Below are positions 56,378 through 64,000 of a DNA stretch of 64,000 nt, in pieces (position 1 is the stretch's first letter; each line of letters opens with the position of its first letter). The stretch spans positions 9,787-73,786 of the forward strand of contig JAILQZ010000067.1 in assembly GCA_024698685.1 (NCBI GenBank), given 5' to 3'. The translations under genes were made by a program, and so were the position numbers. Below the pieces are notes generated by a model. It did no database searches. It was not told the origin of the DNA and saw nothing but the letters and a program-made list of their open reading frames with translations. The DNA comes from a bacterium (GTDB lineage Bacteria > Actinomycetota > Coriobacteriia > Coriobacteriales > CADBOM01).

Positions 56378-58333
56378 ATGGGAAAGTTCAACGACTATAA
56401 GCACGTCTTCGAGCCGATCCAGGTTGGGCCGATCACCTTGAAGAACAGGATCCAGTTCTCGCCCCACGCCAACAACATGGTCAACGCCTATGGCGAACCC
56501 ACCGATCTGTTCGTGAAGTACTTCGAGGAGCAGGCCCGCACCGGCGCCGGCCTCATCTCGATCTATGCCACTCCGGTGAACCAGGAGCACGGCGTGGATT
56601 ACGAATCGGAGATAAACATCACCACAGATAAGGTCTGCTGTTCGCTTTGCAGGCTGACCGAGGCTGCGCATATGCATGACGCGAAGGTCTCGATCGAGCT
56701 CATGCACGCCGGCAGGGGAGCCGACCCGAAGATGCTCAAGCGCGGATATGCCCTCGCGCCCTCGGACATCCCGATTCCAGGACAGGCGCAGAACCTCAAG
56801 GTTATGGATCGCGATGACATGCAGGAGGTCATCGACAACTTCGTCGACTGCTCTCTGAGAGCCAAGCGCTGCAACGTCGACATGATTCTCGTACATGGCG
56901 CTCACGGCAACCTCATCGGACAGTTCCTCAGCCCCAGCACCAACAAGCGCACCGACGAGTACGGCGGTTCCATGGAGAACCGTTTCCGCTTCCCGCTGGA
57001 GCTGCTCAAGGCCATCCGCGAGGCAGTGGGCCCGGATACCGCCATCGAAATGCGCCTTTCCGGCGATGAGATGATCGAGGACGGCATCCACGTCGACGAA
57101 TGCGTGGAGTTCGTCAAGCGTGCCCAAGAGTACATCGACATGGTGCATATCTCCTCCGGACTCATCGTCGTCTGGAAGGCATCGTTTTACACGATGCCGC
57201 CCTATTACATGCCGCGAGGCAACAACATCGCTTTCGCGAAGGCTGTCAAGAACTGCCCCGACATCCACATTCCCGTTGCGGTCGTAGGAGGCATCAACAG
57301 CCTTGAGATGATCGACGAGATCATCGAGAACGGATCTGCCGACATCGGAGTCATGTGCAGGCAGTTCCTTGCTGATCCGGACATCATTCACAAATCGCGT
57401 GCGGGGCATCCCGAGGATGTTCGCCCGTGCCTGCGCTGCCAGGGCTGCTCCGAAACCTATGGCAGTCACGTGCGCTGCTCCGTCAATCCCGGACTTGGCA
57501 TGATGCCGCCATTCGACAAGGTGCAGCCGGCTCCTGTGAAGAAGAAGGTCGTCGTCGTCGGTGGCGGAGTCGCTGGAATGACGGCCACGCGCACTCTCGT
57601 GGAACGCGGTCACGATGTCATACTCATGGAACAGGGCGAATCGCTCGGCGGAGTACTCCCGCATATCTGCGGCTTGCCCTTCAAGGGCGATCTCAAGCGC
57701 TATTCCGACTGGGCTATTCGCATGACCGAGAACTGCGGCGCCGAGATCAGGCTCAACACGAAGGCCACCGCCGAGCTTATCGAGGCCGAGAACCCGGATG
57801 CGCTCGTCGTCGCGGTCGGTTCCAAGCCGGTCAAGCTCGACATCCCAGGCATCGATGGCCCGAATGTCAAGAGGGTCATGGATGTGGATGAGGGTATCGA
57901 GCAGGTGTCTGGCAAGGTCGTCATATGCGGAGGAGGAGTATCGGGCTGCGAGTGCGCGATCGGCCTTGCGATGAGGGGCTGCGAAGTCGCCGTCGTCGAC
58001 ATGATACCCGCCGAGAAGTTCGCCGATGGCCTACCCGAGATCACGCGAAACATGTGCAGAATGCTGTTGGACGATCATGGGATCTCGCGGGTTGGGGAAT
58101 CCCGCGTAACCAGGATCGCCGAAAACGGCGTCGAGCTGCTGCATTCAGACGGAACCACCGAATTCATCGAGGCAGATTACGTTGTCGATGCATTCGGAGT
58201 CATTCAGCGGAAAGCCGATATCGCGGAGCTCGCCGATGTTATACTCGATACGTATCTCGTCGGCGATGCCAACGAGATCGGCAACATCAAGAGAGCGAAC
58301 TTCAAGGCATACACTACCTGCTGCCTTATCTAG
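56378..58333 (+). CDS. OYE-family FMN oxidoreductase fused to Fe-S linker and FAD/NAD(P) domain (enoate/2,4-dienoyl-CoA reductase-like), paralogue 2
   Basis: 651 aa. HGAHGNLIGQFLSP, Cys cluster CLRCQGCSETYGSHVRC, Rossmann motifs VVGGGVAGM and ICGGGVSGCE. Confidence 0.85.
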   Translation: MGKFNDYKHVFEPIQVGPITLKNRIQFSPHANNMVNAYGEPTDLFVKYFEEQARTGAGLISIYATPVNQEHGVDYESEINITTDKVCCSLCRLTEAAHMHDAKVSIELMHAGRGADPKMLKRGYALAPSDIPIPGQAQNLKVMDRDDMQEVIDNFVDCSLRAKRCNVDMILVHGAHGNLIGQFLSPSTNKRTDEYGGSMENRFRFPLELLKAIREAVGPDTAIEMRLSGDEMIEDGIHVDECVEFVKRAQEYIDMVHISSGLIVVWKASFYTMPPYYMPRGNNIAFAKAVKNCPDIHIPVAVVGGINSLEMIDEIIENGSADIGVMCRQFLADPDIIHKSRAGHPEDVRPCLRCQGCSETYGSHVRCSVNPGLGMMPPFDKVQPAPVKKKVVVVGGGVAGMTATRTLVERGHDVILMEQGESLGGVLPHICGLPFKGDLKRYSDWAIRMTENCGAEIRLNTKATAELIEAENPDALVVAVGSKPVKLDIPGIDGPNVKRVMDVDEGIEQVSGKVVICGGGVSGCECAIGLAMRGCEVAVVDMIPAEKFADGLPEITRNMCRMLLDDHGISRVGESRVTRIAENGVELLHSDGTTEFIEADYVVDAFGVIQRKADIAELADVILDTYLVGDANEIGNIKRANFKAYTTCCLI

Positions 58334-58345
58334 ATCAAGAGGAAA

Positions 58346-60031
58346 ATGCAAGACAAAACCCATCGCGAACTCAGCCTCCGAGGCGTTATCATCGGAAGCC
58401 TGGGTTGCATAATCATAACTGCAACTTCCATTTACACGGCGCTCAAGATCGGAGCGCTGCCTTGGCCGATCATCTTCGCTGCGATAATCTCGCTGTTCTT
58501 CCTCAAAGCGCTCGGAAAGACGAGTCTCAACGAGGCGAACGTCACTCATACGATCATGTCCGCAGGTGCGATGGTCGGCGGCGGACTCGCCTTCACGATC
58601 CCGGGCATATGGATTGCGCAGGCGGGTGAGGTCAGCATCCTCGAGATGTTCGGCGTGTGCATCGCAGGCGTGGTCCTGGGCCTTATCTGCACAGCCTTCT
58701 ACCATCGCAGGTTCGTAGCCGATAGCGACATGAACTACCCGATTGGCCAGGCTGCGGCTGAAACCCTGAAGGCCGGGGATACCGGTGGAAAGGTTGGGGC
58801 CAAGCTCTTCGGATCGATGGGCTTCGCCTTCGTCTACGCATTCGTTCGCGACTGGTTCGCCAAGATCCCGGCCATGCTCTTCGGTGGAGTATCGATTCCC
58901 GGCGTGGCCTTCGGCATCTACAACTCGCCGATGCTTCTCTCGGTCGGCTTCCTGGTTGGCATGGGCGCTCTTATCTCGTGGTTCGTCGGCGCCATCCTCG
59001 GTTGGTTCGGCATCGTCGTCATAGGGGGAGGAATCGGAGTCTGGTCCACTGAGGTCGGTATTTCGATAACCCAGACGCTAGGCATGGGAATCATGATGGG
59101 CTGCGGTTTCGCCGTCATTGTGAAGATGGTCTACAACGGCATCAAGCGCAAGGCCAAGGGAAATGAAGAGGGGAGCGAGGCTCCCAGCGGCTCCAGCACG
59201 GCTTCTGAGACGGGTGCGACCCTCACAACGCTGCAGAGGCTCTTTGCCAGCAAGAGCGCCAAGGCGCTCGTCGTCATCACGATTTTGCTCGCAGCGGCAT
59301 TCATCTGCTTCTTCCTCGGGCTCGGCCCTATCGCATCGTGCATCGTGGTCATCATCGTCTGGGCGACGGTTTCCATGTCCATCATGAGCGTTGGGCGCAC
59401 CGGCATCGATCCGATGGAGATCTTCGGCTTGATCGCCGTCATCCTCATCGCGCTCGTCTGCGACCTTCCCAAGGTCCAGCTCTTCTTCATCGCGGCGATC
59501 ATCGCGGTTGCTTGCGGTCTTGCGGGCGATGTGATGAACGACTTCCACGCAGGCAAGGTTCTCGGCACCGACCCGAAGTCGCAATGGCTAGGCCAGACGA
59601 TTGGCGCGATCATCGGCGCTATCGTCTCTGCGCTCACGATGGCCTTGCTGGTCAACGCATACGGCACTGGGGCCTTCGGAGCCGACGGAAGCTTCGTCGC
59701 AGCTCAGGCGAATGCGGTTTCCGCGATGATCTCGGGTACCTACGACATGAAGATATTCGCGGCTGGTGCTGCGATAGGATTCATCCTCTATCTGATAAAC
59801 GCGCCGGTCATGACGCTGGGCCTGGGCTTCTACCTGCCCTTCTACATGTCCTTCACCGCATTTCTCGGTGCGATCGTCAAGCTCATCTACGACGCCATTC
59901 GCAAGAGGCGTTCGGCTGAGGTTGTCGAAGGGGAGTCGAACTCCGGGATCATCATCGCGTCGGGACTTCTCGGCGGCGAATCTATCGCCGGCATCGTAGT
60001 GGCCTTCCTCGTGCTGTTCACGAGCCTATAG
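58346..60031 (+). CDS. OPT (oligopeptide transporter) superfamily membrane transporter
   Basis: 561 aa, Gly-rich, about 14-16 TM. N-terminal ELSLRGVIIGSLGCIIITATSIYTALKIGALPWP resembles the bacterial OPT family. AAGAGGA SD, 12 nt after the upstream stop. Confidence 0.75.
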   Translation: MQDKTHRELSLRGVIIGSLGCIIITATSIYTALKIGALPWPIIFAAIISLFFLKALGKTSLNEANVTHTIMSAGAMVGGGLAFTIPGIWIAQAGEVSILEMFGVCIAGVVLGLICTAFYHRRFVADSDMNYPIGQAAAETLKAGDTGGKVGAKLFGSMGFAFVYAFVRDWFAKIPAMLFGGVSIPGVAFGIYNSPMLLSVGFLVGMGALISWFVGAILGWFGIVVIGGGIGVWSTEVGISITQTLGMGIMMGCGFAVIVKMVYNGIKRKAKGNEEGSEAPSGSSTASETGATLTTLQRLFASKSAKALVVITILLAAAFICFFLGLGPIASCIVVIIVWATVSMSIMSVGRTGIDPMEIFGLIAVILIALVCDLPKVQLFFIAAIIAVACGLAGDVMNDFHAGKVLGTDPKSQWLGQTIGAIIGAIVSALTMALLVNAYGTGAFGADGSFVAAQANAVSAMISGTYDMKIFAAGAAIGFILYLINAPVMTLGLGFYLPFYMSFTAFLGAIVKLIYDAIRKRRSAEVVEGESNSGIIIASGLLGGESIAGIVVAFLVLFTSL

Positions 60032-60049
60032 AGGTCTCTGCGCGTCCTT

Positions 60050-61024
60050 TCAGTGCCTGTGTCCGTGGACCTTGCAGTCGTGCGCGGGCGGCTCGTCGCC
60101 GAACTCGAACCCTATCATCCGCACCTCTGGCTCCAGCTTGACCCCGAACTGCTCCTCAACTGCTCCCTGCACGTCCTCGATGACCCTGCAGACATCACGG
60201 GCCGTGGCGTTAAGGTCATTGACAACGAAGCCAGCGTGCTTGGTTGAGACGCAGGCGCCGCCGCACCTGTGGCCACGCATCCCGGCATCATCGATGAGCT
60301 TTCCCGCGAAGTAGCCTACCGGGCGCTTGAAGGTGCTGCCTGCGCTGGGATGCTCAAGCGGCTGCTTTGACTCGCGGCGGTCCTTGAGATCGGCCATCTT
60401 AGCCGCTATATCGGTCTGTTTGCCTTTGTGCAGCTCGATACTCACGGAAAGGACAATCAGACCCTCACGCGCCATTCTGGAGCTTCTGTAGCCCCATTGC
60501 GCCTCCTCATTGGTGAGCTCGAGCACGTTGAGCGAGGAATCCAAGCAGGTGACGTTTGTCGCAACGCCCTTGAACTCCTCTTCGTAGGCACCCGCGTTCA
60601 TGAAGGCGGCACCTCCAACGGAACCGGGAATCCCCGATGCGAACTCGTACCCAGCCAGCGAATTTTCGAGCGCGATGTTGGCGATGGCCTTGTTCGTGGC
60701 TCCAGCCTGTGCGGTGATCCGAACACCATCCACCTCGATCGCTGAGAATCTTTCGCCAAGATGTATCACCAGGCCGCGCAGCCCCGCATCGCTGACCAGC
60801 ACATTGCTCCCGCATCCGAGAACCCAGTATGGAGAATCGGCCTTGCGAGCGGCTTCTATCGCTTGTACAATCTGCCGCGCGCTGGTGGGCTCGACCATGA
60901 AGTCGGTCATGCCGCCGATCTCGAAGGTGGTGTAGAGCGACATAGGCTCGTCCTCCAAGATCTCGCTTTCCTCGAAGACCTCTAGAAGCGCCTTGCGCAG
61001 AGTTGCTTTGGAGTAATCGCCCAT
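60050..61024 (-). CDS. murB: UDP-N-acetylenolpyruvoylglucosamine reductase
   Basis: Start re-called to ATG 61024 (324 aa). FAD-binding domain (TTFEIGG, GCGSNVLVSD) and SAGSTFKRP motif. Confidence 0.85.
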   Translation of the reverse strand: MGDYSKATLRKALLEVFEESEILEDEPMSLYTTFEIGGMTDFMVEPTSARQIVQAIEAARKADSPYWVLGCGSNVLVSDAGLRGLVIHLGERFSAIEVDGVRITAQAGATNKAIANIALENSLAGYEFASGIPGSVGGAAFMNAGAYEEEFKGVATNVTCLDSSLNVLELTNEEAQWGYRSSRMAREGLIVLSVSIELHKGKQTDIAAKMADLKDRRESKQPLEHPSAGSTFKRPVGYFAGKLIDDAGMRGHRCGGACVSTKHAGFVVNDLNATARDVCRVIEDVQGAVEEQFGVKLEPEVRMIGFEFGDEPPAHDCKVHGHRH

Positions 61025-61155
61025 GCCGCCAACCTTTCGATGCTTGCACAGAAGATGATACACCATAGGGCTTGCTTTCGCCGTTGCCCGAAGCATTTGC
61101 GACAACCTGCGAACGGTCCGCTTCGCGCTTGTGAAGAGGTCGAATTTCACGTATT

Positions 61156-61164
61156 TGGTAAAAT
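61156..61164 (+). promoter_or_regulatory. putative extended -10 element (TGGTAAAAT) upstream of gtrA-like gene
   Basis: Same 9-mer as at 4572. Lies 53 nt upstream of GTG 61217. Confidence 0.4.
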
Positions 61165-61216
61165 ATTGTTACACAGTCTCTAAACGAAGCATGTTAAGAA
61201 GCAACAGGGACTTCAG

Positions 61217-61624
61217 GTGGAAGAAAAGCAAAACGCAGAGAGAGCCCATAGGGGCTTGTTCAGGTACCAAGGTGCCCGCTATCTCTTCACTGGCATAAGC
61301 TGCGGCATCCTCGAGCTGGGATTGTTCCAGTTCCTGCTATGGCTGACAGGCAATGTAGTGGGGTCGAATGTCATCGCCATCGCTTTCTCGATGGCGTATA
61401 ACTTCGTCATGTCCAGAAAGTTCTCGTTCAAATCCAAAGGGGATTGGAGGCGTTCGCTCGGTTTGTTCTCGGCGCTCTTCATTTTCAACATGTCGTTCAC
61501 TTCGTTTCTCGTTGAAACGCTGATTGAAACGTTCGAGTGGTTCCCGCCGTTGGCTAAGCTCACGGCTATGATCAGCGTTGCTTGCTGGAATTTCCCCCTT
61601 TTCCGCAAGGTCATCTTCATCTAG
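61217..61624 (+). CDS. GtrA-family membrane protein
   Basis: 135 aa with 4 TM. N-terminal FRYQGARYLFTGISCGILELGLFQFLL pattern is typical of GtrA-like proteins. GTG start. Confidence 0.7.
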   Translation: MEEKQNAERAHRGLFRYQGARYLFTGISCGILELGLFQFLLWLTGNVVGSNVIAIAFSMAYNFVMSRKFSFKSKGDWRRSLGLFSALFIFNMSFTSFLVETLIETFEWFPPLAKLTAMISVACWNFPLFRKVIFI

Positions 61625-61778
61625 ATGCGTCCTAGGTTGCCAGTTTCCGAGCTACGTGCTTAGTTGACCCCGTTCGATGTGCGAATCGCCTCGATGCCAG
61701 CCTATACTGAACCATTAATGTCATAGCGGCTCAGAAGTATCATTTTGGGCTCCGATTGCGGGTTATCAGAGGTTTTGC

Positions 61779-63437
61779 ATGCGCGCTGGAATCGAAAAGA
61801 TCATTGCTTCTGCCATACAGGCAGCCATTGAATGCGGGGAGCTTTCGCTCGAGGAGATGCCGGATCCCTCCGTTGAGAGACCCAAGGACATCGAACATGG
61901 CGATTGGGCCTCTTCGGTTGCCATGAAGCTGGCTAAGCCCGCACGCATGAATCCGCGCAAGATCGCGGAGATCATCTGCTCGCACATCTCCGATGGTGAG
62001 ATGATCGAATCTACCGAGATCGCAGGCCCCGGCTTCATCAACTTCAAGCTCAAGAGCTCCGCTTTCCAGGAAGTCATCAGGAAAGCTCGCGTTGAGGGTG
62101 CGGATTTCGGTCGCGTGGATGTCGGCGAGCACAAGCGCATCCAGGTCGAGTTCGTCAGCGCGAATCCAACTGGCCCGATGCATGTGGGCCATGGGCGTTG
62201 GGCGGCTCTCGGAAACTCGCTCTGCAACATCCTCGACCACGCAGGTTGGGATGTCTCCCGCGAGTTCTACATCAACGACGCTGGATCCCAGATGGATAAC
62301 TTCGCGAATTCCGTCGACGCACGCTATCAGCAGCTTTGTGGCATCGACGCCGAGCTGCCGGAGAACGGCTATGGCGGCTCGTACGTCACCGCCATCGCGC
62401 AGAGGATTCTCGATGCCGAAGGAGACAAGTGGGCGAGCGCAAGCTCAGAGGAGCGCAGCGCGGCCTTCAAGGAGATCGCCTACAAGATGATGCTCGACAA
62501 CATGCGCGAGCTGCTTGCCAGCATAGGGGTGCAATTCGATGTATGGTTCTCCGAACGTTCCCTCTATGCGAAAGACGATGGCGGCAAGAGCGCGATCGAG
62601 AAGACGCTCGAGGAGCTCGATGCCGGCGGGTATCTCTATGCGAAGGATGACGCAACCTGGTTCAGGTCCACGGATTTCGGCGACGACAAGGATCGCGTGC
62701 TGGTCAAGCAGGATGGCTCCTATACCTATTTCATGCCTGACATCGCGTATCACCAGAACAAGTTCAGCCGCGGGTTCGATCGCGTGATCGACATCCTCGG
62801 CGCCGACCATCATGGATACGTAGTCAGGATCAAATCGGCGATGGAGGCGCTCGGCAACGGGGGCAAACTCGATATCCTCCTCGGGCAGCTGGTCAACCTC
62901 TTCCGCGACGGCGAGGCGGTCAGGATGTCCAAGCGCTCAGGCGAGATGATCACCTTCGAGGAGTTGATCGAGGAGGTCGGCGCAGACGCCACGAAGTACC
63001 TCATGCTCGCCAAGTCTGCCGATCAGCCCATAGACTTCGACATCTCCGTTGCGAAGAAGCAGGATAGCTCAAATCCCGTTTACTACGTTCAGTACGCCCA
63101 TGCAAGGATCTGCTCGATCCTGCGCCGCGCGGGCAGGGAGGTACGCGAAGATGCGGACCTTTCGCTTCTCGTCGAGCCTTCCGAGATCGGTCTGGCTCGC
63201 AAGATCTCCGAGTTCTCGGAGGTTGTCGAATCCTGTGCCAAGGACTTCGCTCCATACAGGATGACCCACTACATCGAGGCGCTCGCGGCGAGCTTCCACC
63301 AGTTCTACACGAACTGCCAGGTTCTAGTCGACGACGCCCGGCTGGCAGATGCGCGCCTGTACCTTTGCGATGCAACGCGTAACGTCATAGCAACCGCGCT
63401 TGGGCTCGTTGGAGTCACCGCGCCCGAAAGGATGTAA
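61779..63437 (+). CDS. argS: arginine--tRNA ligase
   Basis: Class-I motifs ANPTGPMHVGH (HIGH) and MSKRSG (KMSKS). 552 aa. Confidence 0.95.
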   Translation: MRAGIEKIIASAIQAAIECGELSLEEMPDPSVERPKDIEHGDWASSVAMKLAKPARMNPRKIAEIICSHISDGEMIESTEIAGPGFINFKLKSSAFQEVIRKARVEGADFGRVDVGEHKRIQVEFVSANPTGPMHVGHGRWAALGNSLCNILDHAGWDVSREFYINDAGSQMDNFANSVDARYQQLCGIDAELPENGYGGSYVTAIAQRILDAEGDKWASASSEERSAAFKEIAYKMMLDNMRELLASIGVQFDVWFSERSLYAKDDGGKSAIEKTLEELDAGGYLYAKDDATWFRSTDFGDDKDRVLVKQDGSYTYFMPDIAYHQNKFSRGFDRVIDILGADHHGYVVRIKSAMEALGNGGKLDILLGQLVNLFRDGEAVRMSKRSGEMITFEELIEEVGADATKYLMLAKSADQPIDFDISVAKKQDSSNPVYYVQYAHARICSILRRAGREVREDADLSLLVEPSEIGLARKISEFSEVVESCAKDFAPYRMTHYIEALAASFHQFYTNCQVLVDDARLADARLYLCDATRNVIATALGLVGVTAPERM

Positions 63438-63467
63438 CCGAACTATGCGACTTTATTCGAAGGGGGA

Positions 63468-64000
63468 ATGATGAGCATACGATTCGAGGGCGATCATTCG
63501 ACAGCGATGGATCTGGTCAGGGTTCTGCCCAGGACCGCCGAGGTCGGCTGCGTATTCGATGAATCGCACCTGTTCATCGGAGGAGTCGACACCTGTAGGA
63601 TCGCCAAGGAATTCGGCACCCCGGTGATGGTCGTCGACGAGGCGGATCTGCGACATAGGCTCGCCGCCTACAGGGATGGGCTCGGCAACCGCCTCGCGAG
63701 GAGCAGGGTTTGCTATGCCTTCAAGGCGTTCACCTGCTTCGAGACCGCTCGAATCGCCGCAGACGAGGGCTGCTGGCTGCTCGTTGCCAGCGGCGAAGAA
63801 CTGGCCTACGCGATGGCCGCTGGCATTCCAGCCGCCAAAATCGTCTTCCATGGCTGCAACAAGACCGATGCGGAGGTCTCGCTGGCGCTCAGCTCGCACA
63901 TTGGCAGAATCGTCGTCGATTCCGAACAGGAGGTCGAGAAGATCGACTCCATCGCGAAGTCCCACGGCTTCCAGGCCGACGTGCTGCTTCGTGTTCGCCC
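63468..64000 (+). CDS. lysA: diaminopimelate decarboxylase (5' part, runs off window)
   Basis: Open frame from ATG 63468/63471 to the window end, absent from the track because it has no stop. FGTPVMVVDEADL and YAFKAF (PLP-Lys) motifs. argS-lysA adjacency is classical in actinobacteria. Confidence 0.8.
   Translation, partial: MMSIRFEGDHSTAMDLVRVLPRTAEVGCVFDESHLFIGGVDTCRIAKEFGTPVMVVDEADLRHRLAAYRDGLGNRLARSRVCYAFKAFTCFETARIAADEGCWLLVASGEELAYAMAAGIPAAKIVFHGCNKTDAEVSLALSSHIGRIVVDSEQEVEKIDSIAKSHGFQADVLLRVR

Noticed and set aside
61217-61624. Lower GC (about 50% by hand count of two 100-nt samples) in the gtrA-like gene
   Set aside because: It is a small hydrophobic membrane protein, for which an AT-richer codon set is expected. 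No flanking repeats, tRNA, integrase or other island signatures are present.
61625-61778. Looked for a T-box or other leader upstream of argS
   Set aside because: No specifier/T-box (AGGGUGGNACCGCG-like) sequence or terminator-antiterminator pair is visible. Only weak promoter-like hexamers are present.
1-64000. Whole-window check for mobile elements, CRISPR arrays, tRNA/rRNA genes and defence-system hallmarks
   Set aside because: No transposase, integrase or recombinase ORF is present. There are no arrays of 25-40-nt direct repeats and no tRNA-like T-arm/acceptor structure in any intergenic gap. No intergenic gap exceeds about 400 nt. No nuclease/ATPase/methylase genes fall outside housekeeping families.

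Overview
High-GC (about 60% by eye), densely coding chromosomal segment with about 60 protein genes, short or overlapping junctions and few gaps over 200 nt. Main gene blocks: mnmA-coaE-SLT-uvrB; asp23-yloV-recG-rsmD-coaD; DUF177; rimP-nusA-ylxR-infB-rbfA-nrnA-truB-ribF; membrane pyrophosphatase; lepB-folC; feoAB plus a DtxR-type regulator; ribU-ecfA1-ecfA2-ecfT behind an FMN riboswitch; ubiE/menA; cobT-U-S-C; argCJBGHDF; murB; argS-lysA. This content and synteny fit a core region of an anaerobic Gram-positive actinobacterium, most compatible with Coriobacteriia/Eggerthellaceae (inference only). I saw no rRNA, tRNA, CRISPR array, transposase, integrase or phage-like gene. The only RNA element I can support is the FMN riboswitch (minus strand, 30287-30430). 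Two accessory-looking redox clusters interrupt the housekeeping genes. Cluster (i), 30.6-37.0 kb, has an OYE/Fe-S/FAD enoate-reductase-like enzyme, an acyl-CoA synthetase, an Fe-S aldo/keto reductase and an MFS pump. Cluster (ii), 52.6-60.0 kb, has a Tat-less molybdopterin (bis-PGD) oxidoreductase with a minimal 2x[4Fe-4S] partner, translationally coupled to a SlyD-type FKBP and an 8-Cys miniprotein. It is followed by a second OYE/Fe-S/FAD reductase co-transcribed with an OPT-family transporter. Cluster (ii) is my best candidate for an undescribed system, but every functional statement about it is inference. Three cofactor salvage modules (riboflavin import, menaquinone tail-end steps, cobamide nucleotide-loop assembly) also lie in this window. 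Many long ORFs in the track are antisense or out-of-frame shadows typical of high-GC DNA and were not called. Several starts were re-called from SD position, stop/start overlaps and family N-termini.
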